From: Variovorax sp. PBS-H4
GTDB taxonomy: Bacteria > Pseudomonadota > Gammaproteobacteria > Burkholderiales > Burkholderiaceae_C
Direction: 5' to 3'
NCBI RefSeq assembly: GCF_901827205.1
Contig: NZ_LR594675.1
Span: 3,173,915-3,205,914, forward strand
Length of the DNA: 32,000 bases
Numbering within the stretch: position 1 is the first letter of the stretch; each line of letters begins with the position of its first letter. Under the pieces are notes generated by a model. The model ran no database searches. It was not told where the DNA came from and saw only the letters and a list, made by a program, of their open reading frames with translations. This document shows, piece after piece, positions 9,482 through 18,438 of this stretch. A program made the translations under genes and the position numbers.

Positions 9482-10309
9482 ATGAGCAACGACCTGATCG
9501 AAGAGGGCGCCGAGCGCTACAACGTGCCTGCCCTGGAACGCGGGCTGCGCATGCTGTGCGAATTCAGCCGCGAGAGCCGCACCTTGTCGGCGCCCGAGCT
9601 GGCGCGCCGCTTCGACCTGCCGCGCTCCACCGTGTTCCGCCTGCTCAGCACGCTGGAGAACATGGGCTTCCTGGAGCGCGCCGAAGGCGGACGCGACTAC
9701 CGCCTGGGCCTGGCCGTGCTACGCCTGGGCTTCGAGTACCTCGCTTCGCTGGAGCTCACGCAGCTGGGCACGCCGCTGCTCAATCGCCTGTGCGAGGAGC
9801 TGCGCACGCCCTGCAACCTGGTGGTCCGCGACGGCCGCTCCATCGTCTACGTGGCCAAGGTCGCGCCACCCACGCCCTTTGCGAGCTCGGTCAGCGTCGG
9901 CACGCGCCTGCCGGCCCATGCGACCGTGCTGGGCCGCATCCTGCTGGAAGACCTGACGCTGCCGCAACTGCGCGCACTCTATCCGGAAGACAAGCTCGAG
10001 ACCTTCTCGCCGAGCACGCCCAAGACCGTCAACGAGCTCTTCGACATGGTCCAGGCCGACCGCGAGCGCGGCTACGTGCTGGGCGAGGGCTTCTTCGAGT
10101 CGAACATTTCCACCATTGCCGCGCCGGTGCGCGACCACAGCGGCCACATCGCCGCCGCGCTGGGTGCGACCATCACCTCGGGCCACATCGACGAGAACCG
10201 GATGGACGAGATGGTGCGCCGCGTGCGTGAGACGGCGGACGAGATCTCGGGCCTGCTGAACTACGCACCCGCCAGCAAGGCCAAGGTGGTTCCGCTGCGC
10301 AGCGCCTGA
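9482..10309 (+). CDS. IclR-family transcriptional regulator
   Basis: 275 aa from the ATG at 9482. The N-terminal winged HTH reads ALERGLRMLCEF...LSAPELARRFDLPRSTVFRLLSTLENMGFLER. A C-terminal IclR effector domain follows. The longer 9392 start would overlap the hydrolase gene. Confidence 0.9.
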   Translation: MSNDLIEEGAERYNVPALERGLRMLCEFSRESRTLSAPELARRFDLPRSTVFRLLSTLENMGFLERAEGGRDYRLGLAVLRLGFEYLASLELTQLGTPLLNRLCEELRTPCNLVVRDGRSIVYVAKVAPPTPFASSVSVGTRLPAHATVLGRILLEDLTLPQLRALYPEDKLETFSPSTPKTVNELFDMVQADRERGYVLGEGFFESNISTIAAPVRDHSGHIAAALGATITSGHIDENRMDEMVRRVRETADEISGLLNYAPASKAKVVPLRSA

Positions 10310-10319
10310 GGGCGACGAC

Positions 10320-11156
10320 ATGACTGCACCCACTTCTTCTTCCTTCTTCGCCGCAGACGCGCTGGCCGGCCGCGTGGCCGTGGTGACCGGCGGCTCGTCG
10401 GGCATCGGCCTTGCGACCGTCGAAGCCCTGCTCGGCTGTGGCGCCGCGGTGGCGCTGTGCGGCCGCAATGCAGAGCGGCTGGACCGCGCGGTGGCGGGCC
10501 TGCGGGAAGCACGCCCCGATGCCAGGCTCTTCGCGCAGACCTGCGACGTGCTGGACCCCTCGTCGGTGATGGCCTTCGCCGCGGCCAGCGAGGCGGCGCT
10601 CGGCCCGGCCTCGATGCTCGTCAACAACGCCGGGCAGGGACGCGTTTCCACCTTCTCCGACACGACGGATGCGGCCTGGACCGAGGAGCTGCACCTCAAG
10701 TTCTTCTCCGTCATCCATCCCACCCGCGCATTCCTGCCTCAGCTCGCGGCACAGCGCGCCGTGTGGGGGGATGCCGCCATCGTCTGCGCCAACTCGCTGC
10801 TCGCGCGCCAGCCCGAGCCGCACATGGTCGCGACCTCGGCCGCCCGCGCAGGCCTGCTCAACCTGGTGCGCTCCATGGCCACCGAGTTCGCGCCGCAGGG
10901 CGTGCGCGTCAACGGCATCCTGATCGGCCTGGTCGAGTCGGGCCAGTGGCGCCGCCGCTTCGAGGCGCGCGAAGACAAGTCGCTCGAGTGGTCCGCCTGG
11001 AGCGGCCAACTCGCGCACAGCAAACACATCCCGCTGGGTCGCCTGGGACTTCCGGCCGAAGCCGCACGCGCGATTCTTTTCCTGGCATCGCCCCTCGCGT
11101 CGTACACGACGGGCAGCCACATCGACATTTCCGGAGGCCTGTCCCGCCATGCATAA
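10320..11156 (+). CDS. SDR-family protein with non-canonical active-site motif
   Basis: 278 aa. It has VTGGSSGIGLA and NNAG. At the position of the YxxxK catalytic motif it has T-S-A-A-R (codons 10833-10847), followed by the usual VRVNGI segment. Confidence 0.85.
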   Translation: MTAPTSSSFFAADALAGRVAVVTGGSSGIGLATVEALLGCGAAVALCGRNAERLDRAVAGLREARPDARLFAQTCDVLDPSSVMAFAAASEAALGPASMLVNNAGQGRVSTFSDTTDAAWTEELHLKFFSVIHPTRAFLPQLAAQRAVWGDAAIVCANSLLARQPEPHMVATSAARAGLLNLVRSMATEFAPQGVRVNGILIGLVESGQWRRRFEAREDKSLEWSAWSGQLAHSKHIPLGRLGLPAEAARAILFLASPLASYTTGSHIDISGGLSRHA

Positions 11157-12846
11157 CCCATCCATCCCCGCGCAGGTCACGGTCGGCGCCGTGGTCGCCG
11201 CCTTCCTCGAGCAGTGCAACGTCAAGGCCGCCTTCGGCGTGATCTCGATCCACAACATGCCGATCCTGGACGCCTTCGCGCAGCGCGGGCAGATCCGCTT
11301 CATCTCCGCGCGCGGCGAGGCCGGCGCGGGCAACATGGCCGACGCCTACGCACGCTCCACGGCCAGCCTGGGCGTGTGCGTGACCAGCACCGGCCCGGCT
11401 GCAGGCAACATCGCCGGCAGCATGGTGGAAGCCCTCACCGCCGGGGCCCCCGTGTTGCACATCACCGGCCAGATCGAGACGCCTTACCTGGACAAGGGCA
11501 TGTCCTATATCCACGAGGCCCCGGATCAGCTCGCCATGCTCAAGGCGGTCTCCAAGGCCGCCTTCCGCGTGCGCAGCGTCGACAACGTGCTCGGCACGCT
11601 CAAGCGGGCGGTGCAGGTCGCGCTGACCGCGCCCACCGGCCCGGTCAGCGTGGAGATCCCGATCGACATCCAGTCGGCACTGACCACGATGCCGGCCGAC
11701 CTCTCGCCGCTGCCCATCGAGGCACCCGTGCCTTCGAAGGCCGGGCTCGACGCGCTGGCCGAACGCCTCGCGGCGGCCAGGCGCCCGATACTGTGGGTTG
11801 GTGGCGGAGCACGCCGCGCCGGGGCCGCGATCCAGCGCCTGCAGAAGCTCGGCTTCGGCGTCGTGACCACCACCCAGGGCCGCGGCATCGTGCCCGAGGA
11901 CGACCCGGGCTCGCTCGGCGCCTACAACATCCAGAAGCCCGTCGAGGCCTTCTACCAGACCTGCGACGCGATGCTGGTGGTCGGCTCGCGCCTGCGCGGC
12001 AACGAGACGCTCAAGTACGAGCTGAAGCTGCCGCGCCCGCTGTACCGCATCGATGCCGACGCGGCCGCCGAAGGCCGCTGCTATGCGACCGACGCCTTCG
12101 TCTGCGGCGATGCGGCGCTCGCGCTCGAAGGGCTGGCCGACCGCCTCGAAGCGCTGCAGTACAAGGCTGACGCGGCGCTGCTCGCCGACTTGCGCGCCGC
12201 CCACGAGCAAGCGGTCGCCACGCTGCGCGATGGCCTCGGCCCCTACGCCGAACTCGTGCGCCAGATCCAGTCCGTGGCCGGACGCAACTTCAACTGGGTG
12301 CGCGACGTGACGGTCTCCAACAGCACCTGGGGCAACCGCGAGCTGCGCATCTTCGAGCCGAGCGCGGGTGTCCACGCCACGGGCGGCGGCATCGGCCAGG
12401 GCATGCCCATGGCGATCGGCGCGGCCATCGGCGCGGCGGTCACCGGCTCGGGCCGCAAGACTTTCTGCCTGGCCGGCGACGGCGGCTTCATCCTCAACCT
12501 GGGCGAGCTCGCCTGCATGGTGCAGGAAGAGGCCCCCATGGTGATCGTGCTCATGAACGACAAGAGCTACGGCGTCATCAAGAACATCCAGGACGCACAG
12601 TACGGCGGCCGCCGCTGCTACGCGGAGCTGCACACGCCCGACTACGCGCTCTTGTGCAAGTCGATCGCGCTGCCGCACGCGCGCGTCTCGCGGCTGGAGG
12701 AGCTGAAGGGCCAGCTCGACGAAGCCCTGGCTGCGCGCGGTCCCTTCCTGCTGGAGATCGACATGCTGTCGATCGGCGGCTTCAAGAGCACTTTCGCGGG
12801 CCCGCCGACCAATGCCGTGACGCAGATCCCGGCGTTGGCCAAGTGA
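11149..12846 (+). CDS. Thiamine-diphosphate-dependent enzyme (acetolactate-synthase/benzoylformate-decarboxylase superfamily)
   Basis: 565 aa with a three-domain layout. The Pyr domain reads RGEAGAGNMADAYAR...TSTGPAAGN. The ThDP-binding motif is GDGGF-x23-ND (LAGDGGFILNLGELACMVQEEAPMVIVLMNDKSYG). The ATG overlaps the previous stop by 8 nt. Confidence 0.9.
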   Translation: MHNPSIPAQVTVGAVVAAFLEQCNVKAAFGVISIHNMPILDAFAQRGQIRFISARGEAGAGNMADAYARSTASLGVCVTSTGPAAGNIAGSMVEALTAGAPVLHITGQIETPYLDKGMSYIHEAPDQLAMLKAVSKAAFRVRSVDNVLGTLKRAVQVALTAPTGPVSVEIPIDIQSALTTMPADLSPLPIEAPVPSKAGLDALAERLAAARRPILWVGGGARRAGAAIQRLQKLGFGVVTTTQGRGIVPEDDPGSLGAYNIQKPVEAFYQTCDAMLVVGSRLRGNETLKYELKLPRPLYRIDADAAAEGRCYATDAFVCGDAALALEGLADRLEALQYKADAALLADLRAAHEQAVATLRDGLGPYAELVRQIQSVAGRNFNWVRDVTVSNSTWGNRELRIFEPSAGVHATGGGIGQGMPMAIGAAIGAAVTGSGRKTFCLAGDGGFILNLGELACMVQEEAPMVIVLMNDKSYGVIKNIQDAQYGGRRCYAELHTPDYALLCKSIALPHARVSRLEELKGQLDEALAARGPFLLEIDMLSIGGFKSTFAGPPTNAVTQIPALAK

Positions 12847-12855
12847 GGCACTGAC

Positions 12856-13656
12856 ATGCTGCGCGTGGCACTCATCGGTTGCGGCGCCATCGGCAGCTCG
12901 GTGATCGAGTTGTTGAAGGGCGATGCATCGCTTGCGGTTGTGGTGGTGGTGGTTCCGCAGGAGGGCATGGCCACCGCGCAAGCTGCGCTGCAGACGCTGG
13001 CGCCCGGCGTGCAGGTCGGGACCGCCGTGCCTGCGTCGGGGGTCGACCTGGTGGTCGAGACCGCCGGCCATGCCGCGATCGAGGAACACGTGCTGCCGGC
13101 GCTGCGGCGCGGCACGCCCTGCGTGGTCGCCTCGGTGGGTGCGCTGTCGGCGCAGGGCCTGGCGGAAAAGCTCGAGATCGCGGCCATCACCGGAGGGACG
13201 CAGGTGCAGCTGATCGCCGGCGCGATCGGCGGCATCGATGCACTGGCGGCGGCCCGCATCGGTGGGCTCGACAGCGTGCGCTACACCGGCCGCAAGCCCC
13301 CGCGCGCCTGGAAGGGCACGCCGGCGGAGCAGGGGCGCGACCTCGACGCGCTGACCGCCGAATGCGTGATCTTCGAAGGCAGCGCCCGCGAGGCCGCCGC
13401 GCTCTACCCCAAGAACGCCAACGTGGCGGCCACGGTGTCGCTCGCGGGTCTGGGCCTGGACCGCACGCAGGTGCGCCTGGTTGCCGACCCGGCCGTCGAC
13501 GAGAACGTGCACACGGTCGAGGCCGAGGGTGCCTTCGGCAGCTTCGAGCTGAGCATGCGCAACAAGCCGCTGGCTGCCAATCCCAAGACTTCCGCGCTGA
13601 CGGTCTACAGCGCCGTCCGCGCCCTGCGCAACCGCGCCGCGGCCCTTGCCATTTAA
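12856..13656 (+). CDS. Aspartate dehydrogenase-family protein (NadX-like)
   Basis: 266 aa. It has the Rossmann motif LIGCGAIGSSV plus GAIGGIDAL, YPKNANVAATVSLAGLG, NVHTVEAEGAFGSF and NPKTSALTVYS. These follow the L-aspartate dehydrogenase family pattern. Confidence 0.85.
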   Translation: MLRVALIGCGAIGSSVIELLKGDASLAVVVVVVPQEGMATAQAALQTLAPGVQVGTAVPASGVDLVVETAGHAAIEEHVLPALRRGTPCVVASVGALSAQGLAEKLEIAAITGGTQVQLIAGAIGGIDALAAARIGGLDSVRYTGRKPPRAWKGTPAEQGRDLDALTAECVIFEGSAREAAALYPKNANVAATVSLAGLGLDRTQVRLVADPAVDENVHTVEAEGAFGSFELSMRNKPLAANPKTSALTVYSAVRALRNRAAALAI

Positions 13657-13663
13657 AGAAGCC

Positions 13664-15145
13664 ATGATGATCTCCACCGAACTTCTTCCCATCAACGTGG
13701 CCGGCGAGTGGCGCCAGGGCGGCGGCGACGCCTACGAGAGCCTTTATCCCGCCACCGGCGAACCCATCGCCCGCCTCAAGGCTGCGAGCCTGGCCGACGT
13801 CGAGGAAGCCATCGTGCGTGCCGACCAGGCCTTTCGCACCAGCGGCTGGGCGCAGAAGCTGCCGCACGAGCGCGCTGCGGTGCTGCACCGCGTGGCACAG
13901 CTGATCCGAGACGAGGCCGAGCCGCTGGCTCAGAAGCAGCGCCTGGACAACGGCAAGCCGATCAACGAGACGCGCGCACTGGTCGCGAGCGCGGCCGGCA
14001 CCTTCCAGTTCTTCGCGGCAGCCCTGGAGACCCTGGAAGAAACCCTGACGCCCTCGCGCGGCCCCTTCGTCACGATGAGCGTGCACGAGCCCATGGGCGT
14101 GGTCGCTGCCATCACGCCGTGGAACTCGCCGATCGCGAGCGAGGCCCAGAAGCTCGCGCCCGCCCTGGCTGCGGGCAATGCGGTGATCGTCAAGCCGGCC
14201 GAGGTCACGCCACTGATGGCGCTGGAGCTGGCCCGCCTCTGCGAGGCGGCCGGCGTGCCGAAGGGCATCGTGAGCGTGCTGCCGGGCAAGGGTTCGGTGA
14301 TCGGCGACGCGATCACCAAGCATCCGCTGGTCAAGCGCGTGTCCTTCACCGGCGGCACGACAACGGGCAAGCACATCGCCCACATCGCGGCCGACAAGAT
14401 GATGCCGGTATCGCTGGAACTCGGCGGCAAGTCGCCCACGATGGTGCTGGAGGATGCCGACCTGGACCACGCCGTCAACGGCGTGCTCTACGGCATCTTC
14501 AGTTCCTCGGGCGAGTCGTGCATCGCCGGTTCGCGCCTCTTCGTTGCGCGCAGCATCTACGACGAGTTCGTCACGCGCCTGGCCGATGCCGCCAAGGCGC
14601 TGCGGGTGGGAGACCCGGCCTCGGAGCGCACGCAGATGGGCCCGCTGATCACCGCGAAGCACCGCGAAAGCATCGAGCGCTATGTGGAGCTCGGCGTCTC
14701 CGAAGGCGGGCAGATCCGCACCGGTGGCGTGCGCCCGCATGGCGCGGAGTTCGAGCGCGGCTACTACTACGCGCCCACCCTCCTGGAAGGGCTCACCAAC
14801 GGCGCACGCATCAGCCAGGAAGAGGTGTTCGGCCCGGTGCTGGTGGCGATGCCCTTCGACAACGAGCAGGAACTCATCAAACAGGCCAACGACAGCGTCT
14901 ACGCGCTCGCCGCGGGCGTGTGGAGCCGCGACTTCAAGCGCGCCTGGCGCCTGGGGCGCGCGGTGCAGGCGGGCACGGTCTGGGTCAACACCTACAAGCA
15001 GTTCTCCGTCTCCACGCCGTTCGGCGGCTGGCGCGACAGCGGCCTGGGCCGCGAGAAGGGACGCGAGGGCATCTTCCAGTACATGGAGCAGAAAAGCATG
15101 TACTGGGGCACCAACGAGCAACCACTACCTTGGGCACAGCAATGA
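13664..15145 (+). CDS. NAD(P)-dependent aldehyde dehydrogenase
   Basis: About 493 aa from the ATG at 13664; the track start at 13646 is a TTG inside the previous gene's end. ALDH motifs are present: ITPWNSP, FTGGTTTGK, the catalytic Glu in LELGGKSP, the catalytic Cys in GESCIAGSR, and EEVFGPV. Confidence 0.9.
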   Translation: MMISTELLPINVAGEWRQGGGDAYESLYPATGEPIARLKAASLADVEEAIVRADQAFRTSGWAQKLPHERAAVLHRVAQLIRDEAEPLAQKQRLDNGKPINETRALVASAAGTFQFFAAALETLEETLTPSRGPFVTMSVHEPMGVVAAITPWNSPIASEAQKLAPALAAGNAVIVKPAEVTPLMALELARLCEAAGVPKGIVSVLPGKGSVIGDAITKHPLVKRVSFTGGTTTGKHIAHIAADKMMPVSLELGGKSPTMVLEDADLDHAVNGVLYGIFSSSGESCIAGSRLFVARSIYDEFVTRLADAAKALRVGDPASERTQMGPLITAKHRESIERYVELGVSEGGQIRTGGVRPHGAEFERGYYYAPTLLEGLTNGARISQEEVFGPVLVAMPFDNEQELIKQANDSVYALAAGVWSRDFKRAWRLGRAVQAGTVWVNTYKQFSVSTPFGGWRDSGLGREKGREGIFQYMEQKSMYWGTNEQPLPWAQQ

Positions 15146-15257
15146 AACCTGTCTTGTTCCAGAAACACCACGGAACCGGCTTTGCCGGGCCGTCGGTGTT
15201 GCCCCCGGTGAGGGGGTGGGCGGCTACACGAAGTGAGCCAACCTGGGGGAGAGCCAT

Positions 15258-16229
15258 ATGACCATTCTTGGAATCGACCAGATCACTTACGCGGCAGACG
15301 ACCTGCCGACCTGCCGCCGCTTCTTCTCCGACTGGGGCCTGGCGCTGAAGTCGGAGACGGCGGACGAGCTCGTCTTCGAGTGCCTGAACGGCTGCCGCGT
15401 GGTGGTCGCCGAAATGAACAGGCCGGGGCTGCCGCCGGCCATGGAAGAGGGCCCGACCTTGCGCGAGGTGGTGTGGGGCGTCGAAAGCGACGCCGACCTT
15501 GCCCGCTACGCGCAGGCCATTGCACAGGACGCCGGCTTCGTGGACGTGGAAGTGGAGGGCGTACGCCGCATCGGCTGCACGGATCCGAACGGCCTGGCAG
15601 TGCGCCTGCAGGTCAGCCGCAAGCGCAGCATCGAGGTCGATTGCGGCGCCATGAACACCTGGAACGCCAAGCCCCGTGTGAACCAGGCTGCGCCGATATA
15701 CGAGCGCGCCACGCCGATCGAAGTGGGCCATGTGGTGTTCTTCGTCGCCGACGTGAAGGCCACCGCCGACTTCTATGCGCAGCGCTTCGGCTTCGTCGGG
15801 TCCGACAGCTATCCCGATCGGGGCGCCTTCCTGCGCTGCGCGCCCGAGGGCGGGCATCACGACCTGTTCCTGCTGCAACTGCCCTCGGGCAAGCGGGGAC
15901 TCAACCACGTCGCCTTTACCGTGCGCGACATCCACGAGGTCTTCGGCGGCGGGCTGCACTTTTCGCGTTGCGGCTGGGAAACCCAGCTCGGCCCCGGCCG
16001 GCACCCGATCTCCTCCGCGTATTTCTGGTACTTCAAGAACCCGGCCGGCGGGCTGATCGAGTACTACGCCGACGAGGACCAGCTCACAGCCGAGTGGCAG
16101 CCGCGCGAGTTCGAGCCGGGCCCGACTGTATTCGCCGAGTGGGCGGTCGACGGCGGGCTCGACGGCCATACGCGCCGGCAGAGGAACGCCGAAGGCCCGC
16201 AAGGGAAATTCCTGACCGAGAAGAAGTGA
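15258..16229 (+). CDS. Two-domain VOC-family protein (type I extradiol-dioxygenase-like)
   Basis: 323 aa with a GGGGGAGAG SD. It has two glyoxalase/VOC modules: IDQITYAADDL...FFSDWGL, and VGHVVFFVADVKATADFYAQRFGF followed by LNHVAFTVRD. The size and layout are typical of ring-cleavage extradiol dioxygenases. Confidence 0.75.
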   Translation: MTILGIDQITYAADDLPTCRRFFSDWGLALKSETADELVFECLNGCRVVVAEMNRPGLPPAMEEGPTLREVVWGVESDADLARYAQAIAQDAGFVDVEVEGVRRIGCTDPNGLAVRLQVSRKRSIEVDCGAMNTWNAKPRVNQAAPIYERATPIEVGHVVFFVADVKATADFYAQRFGFVGSDSYPDRGAFLRCAPEGGHHDLFLLQLPSGKRGLNHVAFTVRDIHEVFGGGLHFSRCGWETQLGPGRHPISSAYFWYFKNPAGGLIEYYADEDQLTAEWQPREFEPGPTVFAEWAVDGGLDGHTRRQRNAEGPQGKFLTEKK

Positions 16230-16240
16230 CTGTGACCACC

Positions 16241-17236
16241 ATGCAACGACGTACCACCTTGTTGACCCTTGCCGGCGCCGCCTGGATGGCGCTGGCCGCC
16301 GTCGCGCCGGCGAATGCGCAGAACGCGGTCGAAAAGCAGCTCGCGAGCGACCGCTTCACCATCGTCTCGCCGTTCCCGCCCGGAGGCCCGGTCGACACGC
16401 TCGCACGCGTGCTCTCCGACGGCCTCGCCAAGCGCTACGGCCAGCCCGCAGTGGTGGAGAACATGCCCGGCGCGGCCGGCAACATCGGCATCGACAAGGT
16501 CAAGCGTGCGAAGGGCGACGGCCACACGCTGCTGGTAGTGCCTGCCGGCAACCTGACCATCAACCCGACGCTGATGCCGAACTTTCCCTTCGACATCGAG
16601 AAGGACTTCGTGCCCGTCACCATGCTGGCCAAGGCGCCGAACGTGCTGGTGGCCTCGCCCTCCGCCGGCATCAAGACGGCGAAGGAGCTGGTCGCCCAGG
16701 CGAAGGCGAAGCCGGGCACGCTGTCCTACGCCTCGCCGGGCGTGGGCAGCGGCCTGCACCTGGCGGGCGAGCTCTTCAAGCAGCAGGCCGGCATCGACCT
16801 CCTGCACGTGCCGTACAAGGGCACCACGCCCGCACTCAACGACGTGCTGGGCGGCGTGGTGCCGCTGATGTTCAGCAACCTGCCCGCAACGCTGCCCTTC
16901 ATCAAGAGCGGCAAGCTGGTCGCGCTCGGCGTGACCGAAGCCAGGCGCAGCCCGGCGGCGCCGGACATTCCGACGCTGGCGGAGCAGGGCATCCAGGGCG
17001 TGGCCGTGACCTCGTGGTATGGCCTGCTCGCGCCGGCCGGCACGCCGCCGGCGGTGGCCGAGCAGTTGGCCAAGGATGCGGCTCAGATGCTGGCCGAGCC
17101 GGGCGTACGCGAGCGGCTGAAGGCGCAGGGCATGACCGACGCCACGATGAAGCCGGGTGAATTCACCGTTTACATGCGCGACGAGACCGCCATGTGGGCC
17201 AAGATCATCAAGGCCCGCAACATCGTGGCCGAGTGA
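16241..17236 (+). CDS. Bug-family (TctC-like) substrate-binding protein
   Basis: 331 aa from the internal ATG at 16241. It has a signal peptide (MQRRTTLLTLAGAAWMALAAVAPANAQ) and Bug motifs (SPFPPGGPVD, NMPGAAG, SYASPGVGSGLH, VPYKGTTPALNDVLGGVV). The 15233 extension overlaps the VOC gene and is Arg/Gly/Pro-rich noise. Confidence 0.9.
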   Translation: MQRRTTLLTLAGAAWMALAAVAPANAQNAVEKQLASDRFTIVSPFPPGGPVDTLARVLSDGLAKRYGQPAVVENMPGAAGNIGIDKVKRAKGDGHTLLVVPAGNLTINPTLMPNFPFDIEKDFVPVTMLAKAPNVLVASPSAGIKTAKELVAQAKAKPGTLSYASPGVGSGLHLAGELFKQQAGIDLLHVPYKGTTPALNDVLGGVVPLMFSNLPATLPFIKSGKLVALGVTEARRSPAAPDIPTLAEQGIQGVAVTSWYGLLAPAGTPPAVAEQLAKDAAQMLAEPGVRERLKAQGMTDATMKPGEFTVYMRDETAMWAKIIKARNIVAE

Positions 17237-17257
17237 AGGCAGAGGGACGCAGACAGC

Positions 17258-18412
17258 ATGAAGACGAATGAATCCACCATCGGCATCGTCGGCGCGGGCA
17301 TCGGCGGACTGGCCGCCGCCATTGCCCTTTCGCGTGCGGGCCACGAGGTCGTGGTGTTCGAACAGGCAAGGCAGTTCGCCCGTGTCGGCGCCGACATCAA
17401 CCTCACGCCCAACGCGGTACGTGCACTCGATGGCCTGGGTGCCGGCGAGGCCGCGCGGGTGACCGCGGCGCGGCCGACGCATCGCATCAGCCGCAACTAC
17501 GACACCGGTGAGGAGACCTCGCGCCTGGAAATGGCCGAGACCGCCGAGCAGAAGTACGGTGCGCCTCAGCTCACCATCCACCGCGCCGACCTTCTTGCGG
17601 CGCTCGCGAACATGGTCCCGGCCGAGCGCGTGGCGCTCGGCAAGCGGGCCTCGAACATCGCGGCGGACGAGGAGGGCGTGAGCCTCTCGTTCGAGGACGG
17701 CAGCAGCGCCCGCGTGGGCGCGCTGCTGGGCGCCGACGGCATCCACTCCGCCGTGCGCGGCGCCATGTTCGGCGCCGAGAGCCCGCGCTTCACCGGCATC
17801 GTGGCGTACCGCGCCGTGGTGCCGTCCGACCGCGTTGCCGGCTTGCCGAACCTGGGCGCCTTCACCAAGTGGTGGGGGCCGAATCCGCAAAGCCAGATCG
17901 TTACCTTCCCGCTCAACCGCGGCAAGGACATCTTCATCTTCGCGACCACGCCGCAGGACAGCTGGCAGCTCGAATCCTGGACCGCCCCGGGGAGCGTGGA
18001 CGAGCTGCGCCAGCAGTACACCGCCTACCACCCCGAGGCGCGTGCGCTGCTCGATGCCTGCGACACGGTGCTCAAGACCGCCCTGTACGAGCGCGATCCG
18101 ATGCCGGCCTGGGCCGCGGGCCGCATGGCGCTGCTGGGCGATGCGGCGCATCCGATGCTCCCGTTCATGGCGCAGGGTGCGGGCATGGCCATCGAGGACG
18201 CTGTCGTGCTCGCGCGCCATCTCGACGGCGTGGCAATGCGCGACATCGCCGGCGCGCTGCAGCGCTACGAGCGCGCGCGCATCGAGCGCACGAGCCAGAT
18301 CCAGCTCGGATCGCGCGGAAACAACTGGCTGCGCGAGGGCGGCAATGCGGACTGGGTCTATGGCTACGACGCCTGGACCGTGCCGCTCGCCGACGCTGCC
18401 GCCATTGCCTGA
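17258..18412 (+). CDS. FAD-dependent aromatic monooxygenase (salicylate/3-hydroxybenzoate/6-hydroxynicotinate hydroxylase class A type)
   Basis: 384 aa. It has GxGxxG (IVGAGIGGLAAAIAL...VVFEQ), the DG motif GADGIHSAVR, and GDAAHPMLPFMAQGAGMAIEDAVVLA. Confidence 0.9.
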   Translation: MKTNESTIGIVGAGIGGLAAAIALSRAGHEVVVFEQARQFARVGADINLTPNAVRALDGLGAGEAARVTAARPTHRISRNYDTGEETSRLEMAETAEQKYGAPQLTIHRADLLAALANMVPAERVALGKRASNIAADEEGVSLSFEDGSSARVGALLGADGIHSAVRGAMFGAESPRFTGIVAYRAVVPSDRVAGLPNLGAFTKWWGPNPQSQIVTFPLNRGKDIFIFATTPQDSWQLESWTAPGSVDELRQQYTAYHPEARALLDACDTVLKTALYERDPMPAWAAGRMALLGDAAHPMLPFMAQGAGMAIEDAVVLARHLDGVAMRDIAGALQRYERARIERTSQIQLGSRGNNWLREGGNADWVYGYDAWTVPLADAAAIA

Positions 18413-18438
18413 ACTCATCTCTTCCCACGGAGGCCACG

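Noticed and set aside
10909-13695. 928-aa minus-strand ORF antisense to the ThDP, NadX-like and SDR genes. Similar long antisense ORFs occur at 857-2023, 1858-3192, 2963-4291, 6163-7695, 13187-15121, 16064-18490, 18415-20802 and 20872-21840.
   Set aside because: The translations are Arg/Ala/Gly/Pro-rich low-complexity strings without motifs. Each lies opposite a + strand gene with clear family motifs. Long stop-free antisense frames are expected at this GC content.
15131-15150. Possible sigma-54 promoter (TGGGCACAGCAATGA) at the end of the first aldehyde dehydrogenase gene.
   Set aside because: The GG-N10-GC spacing does not fit: there is no TTGC at the -12 position.
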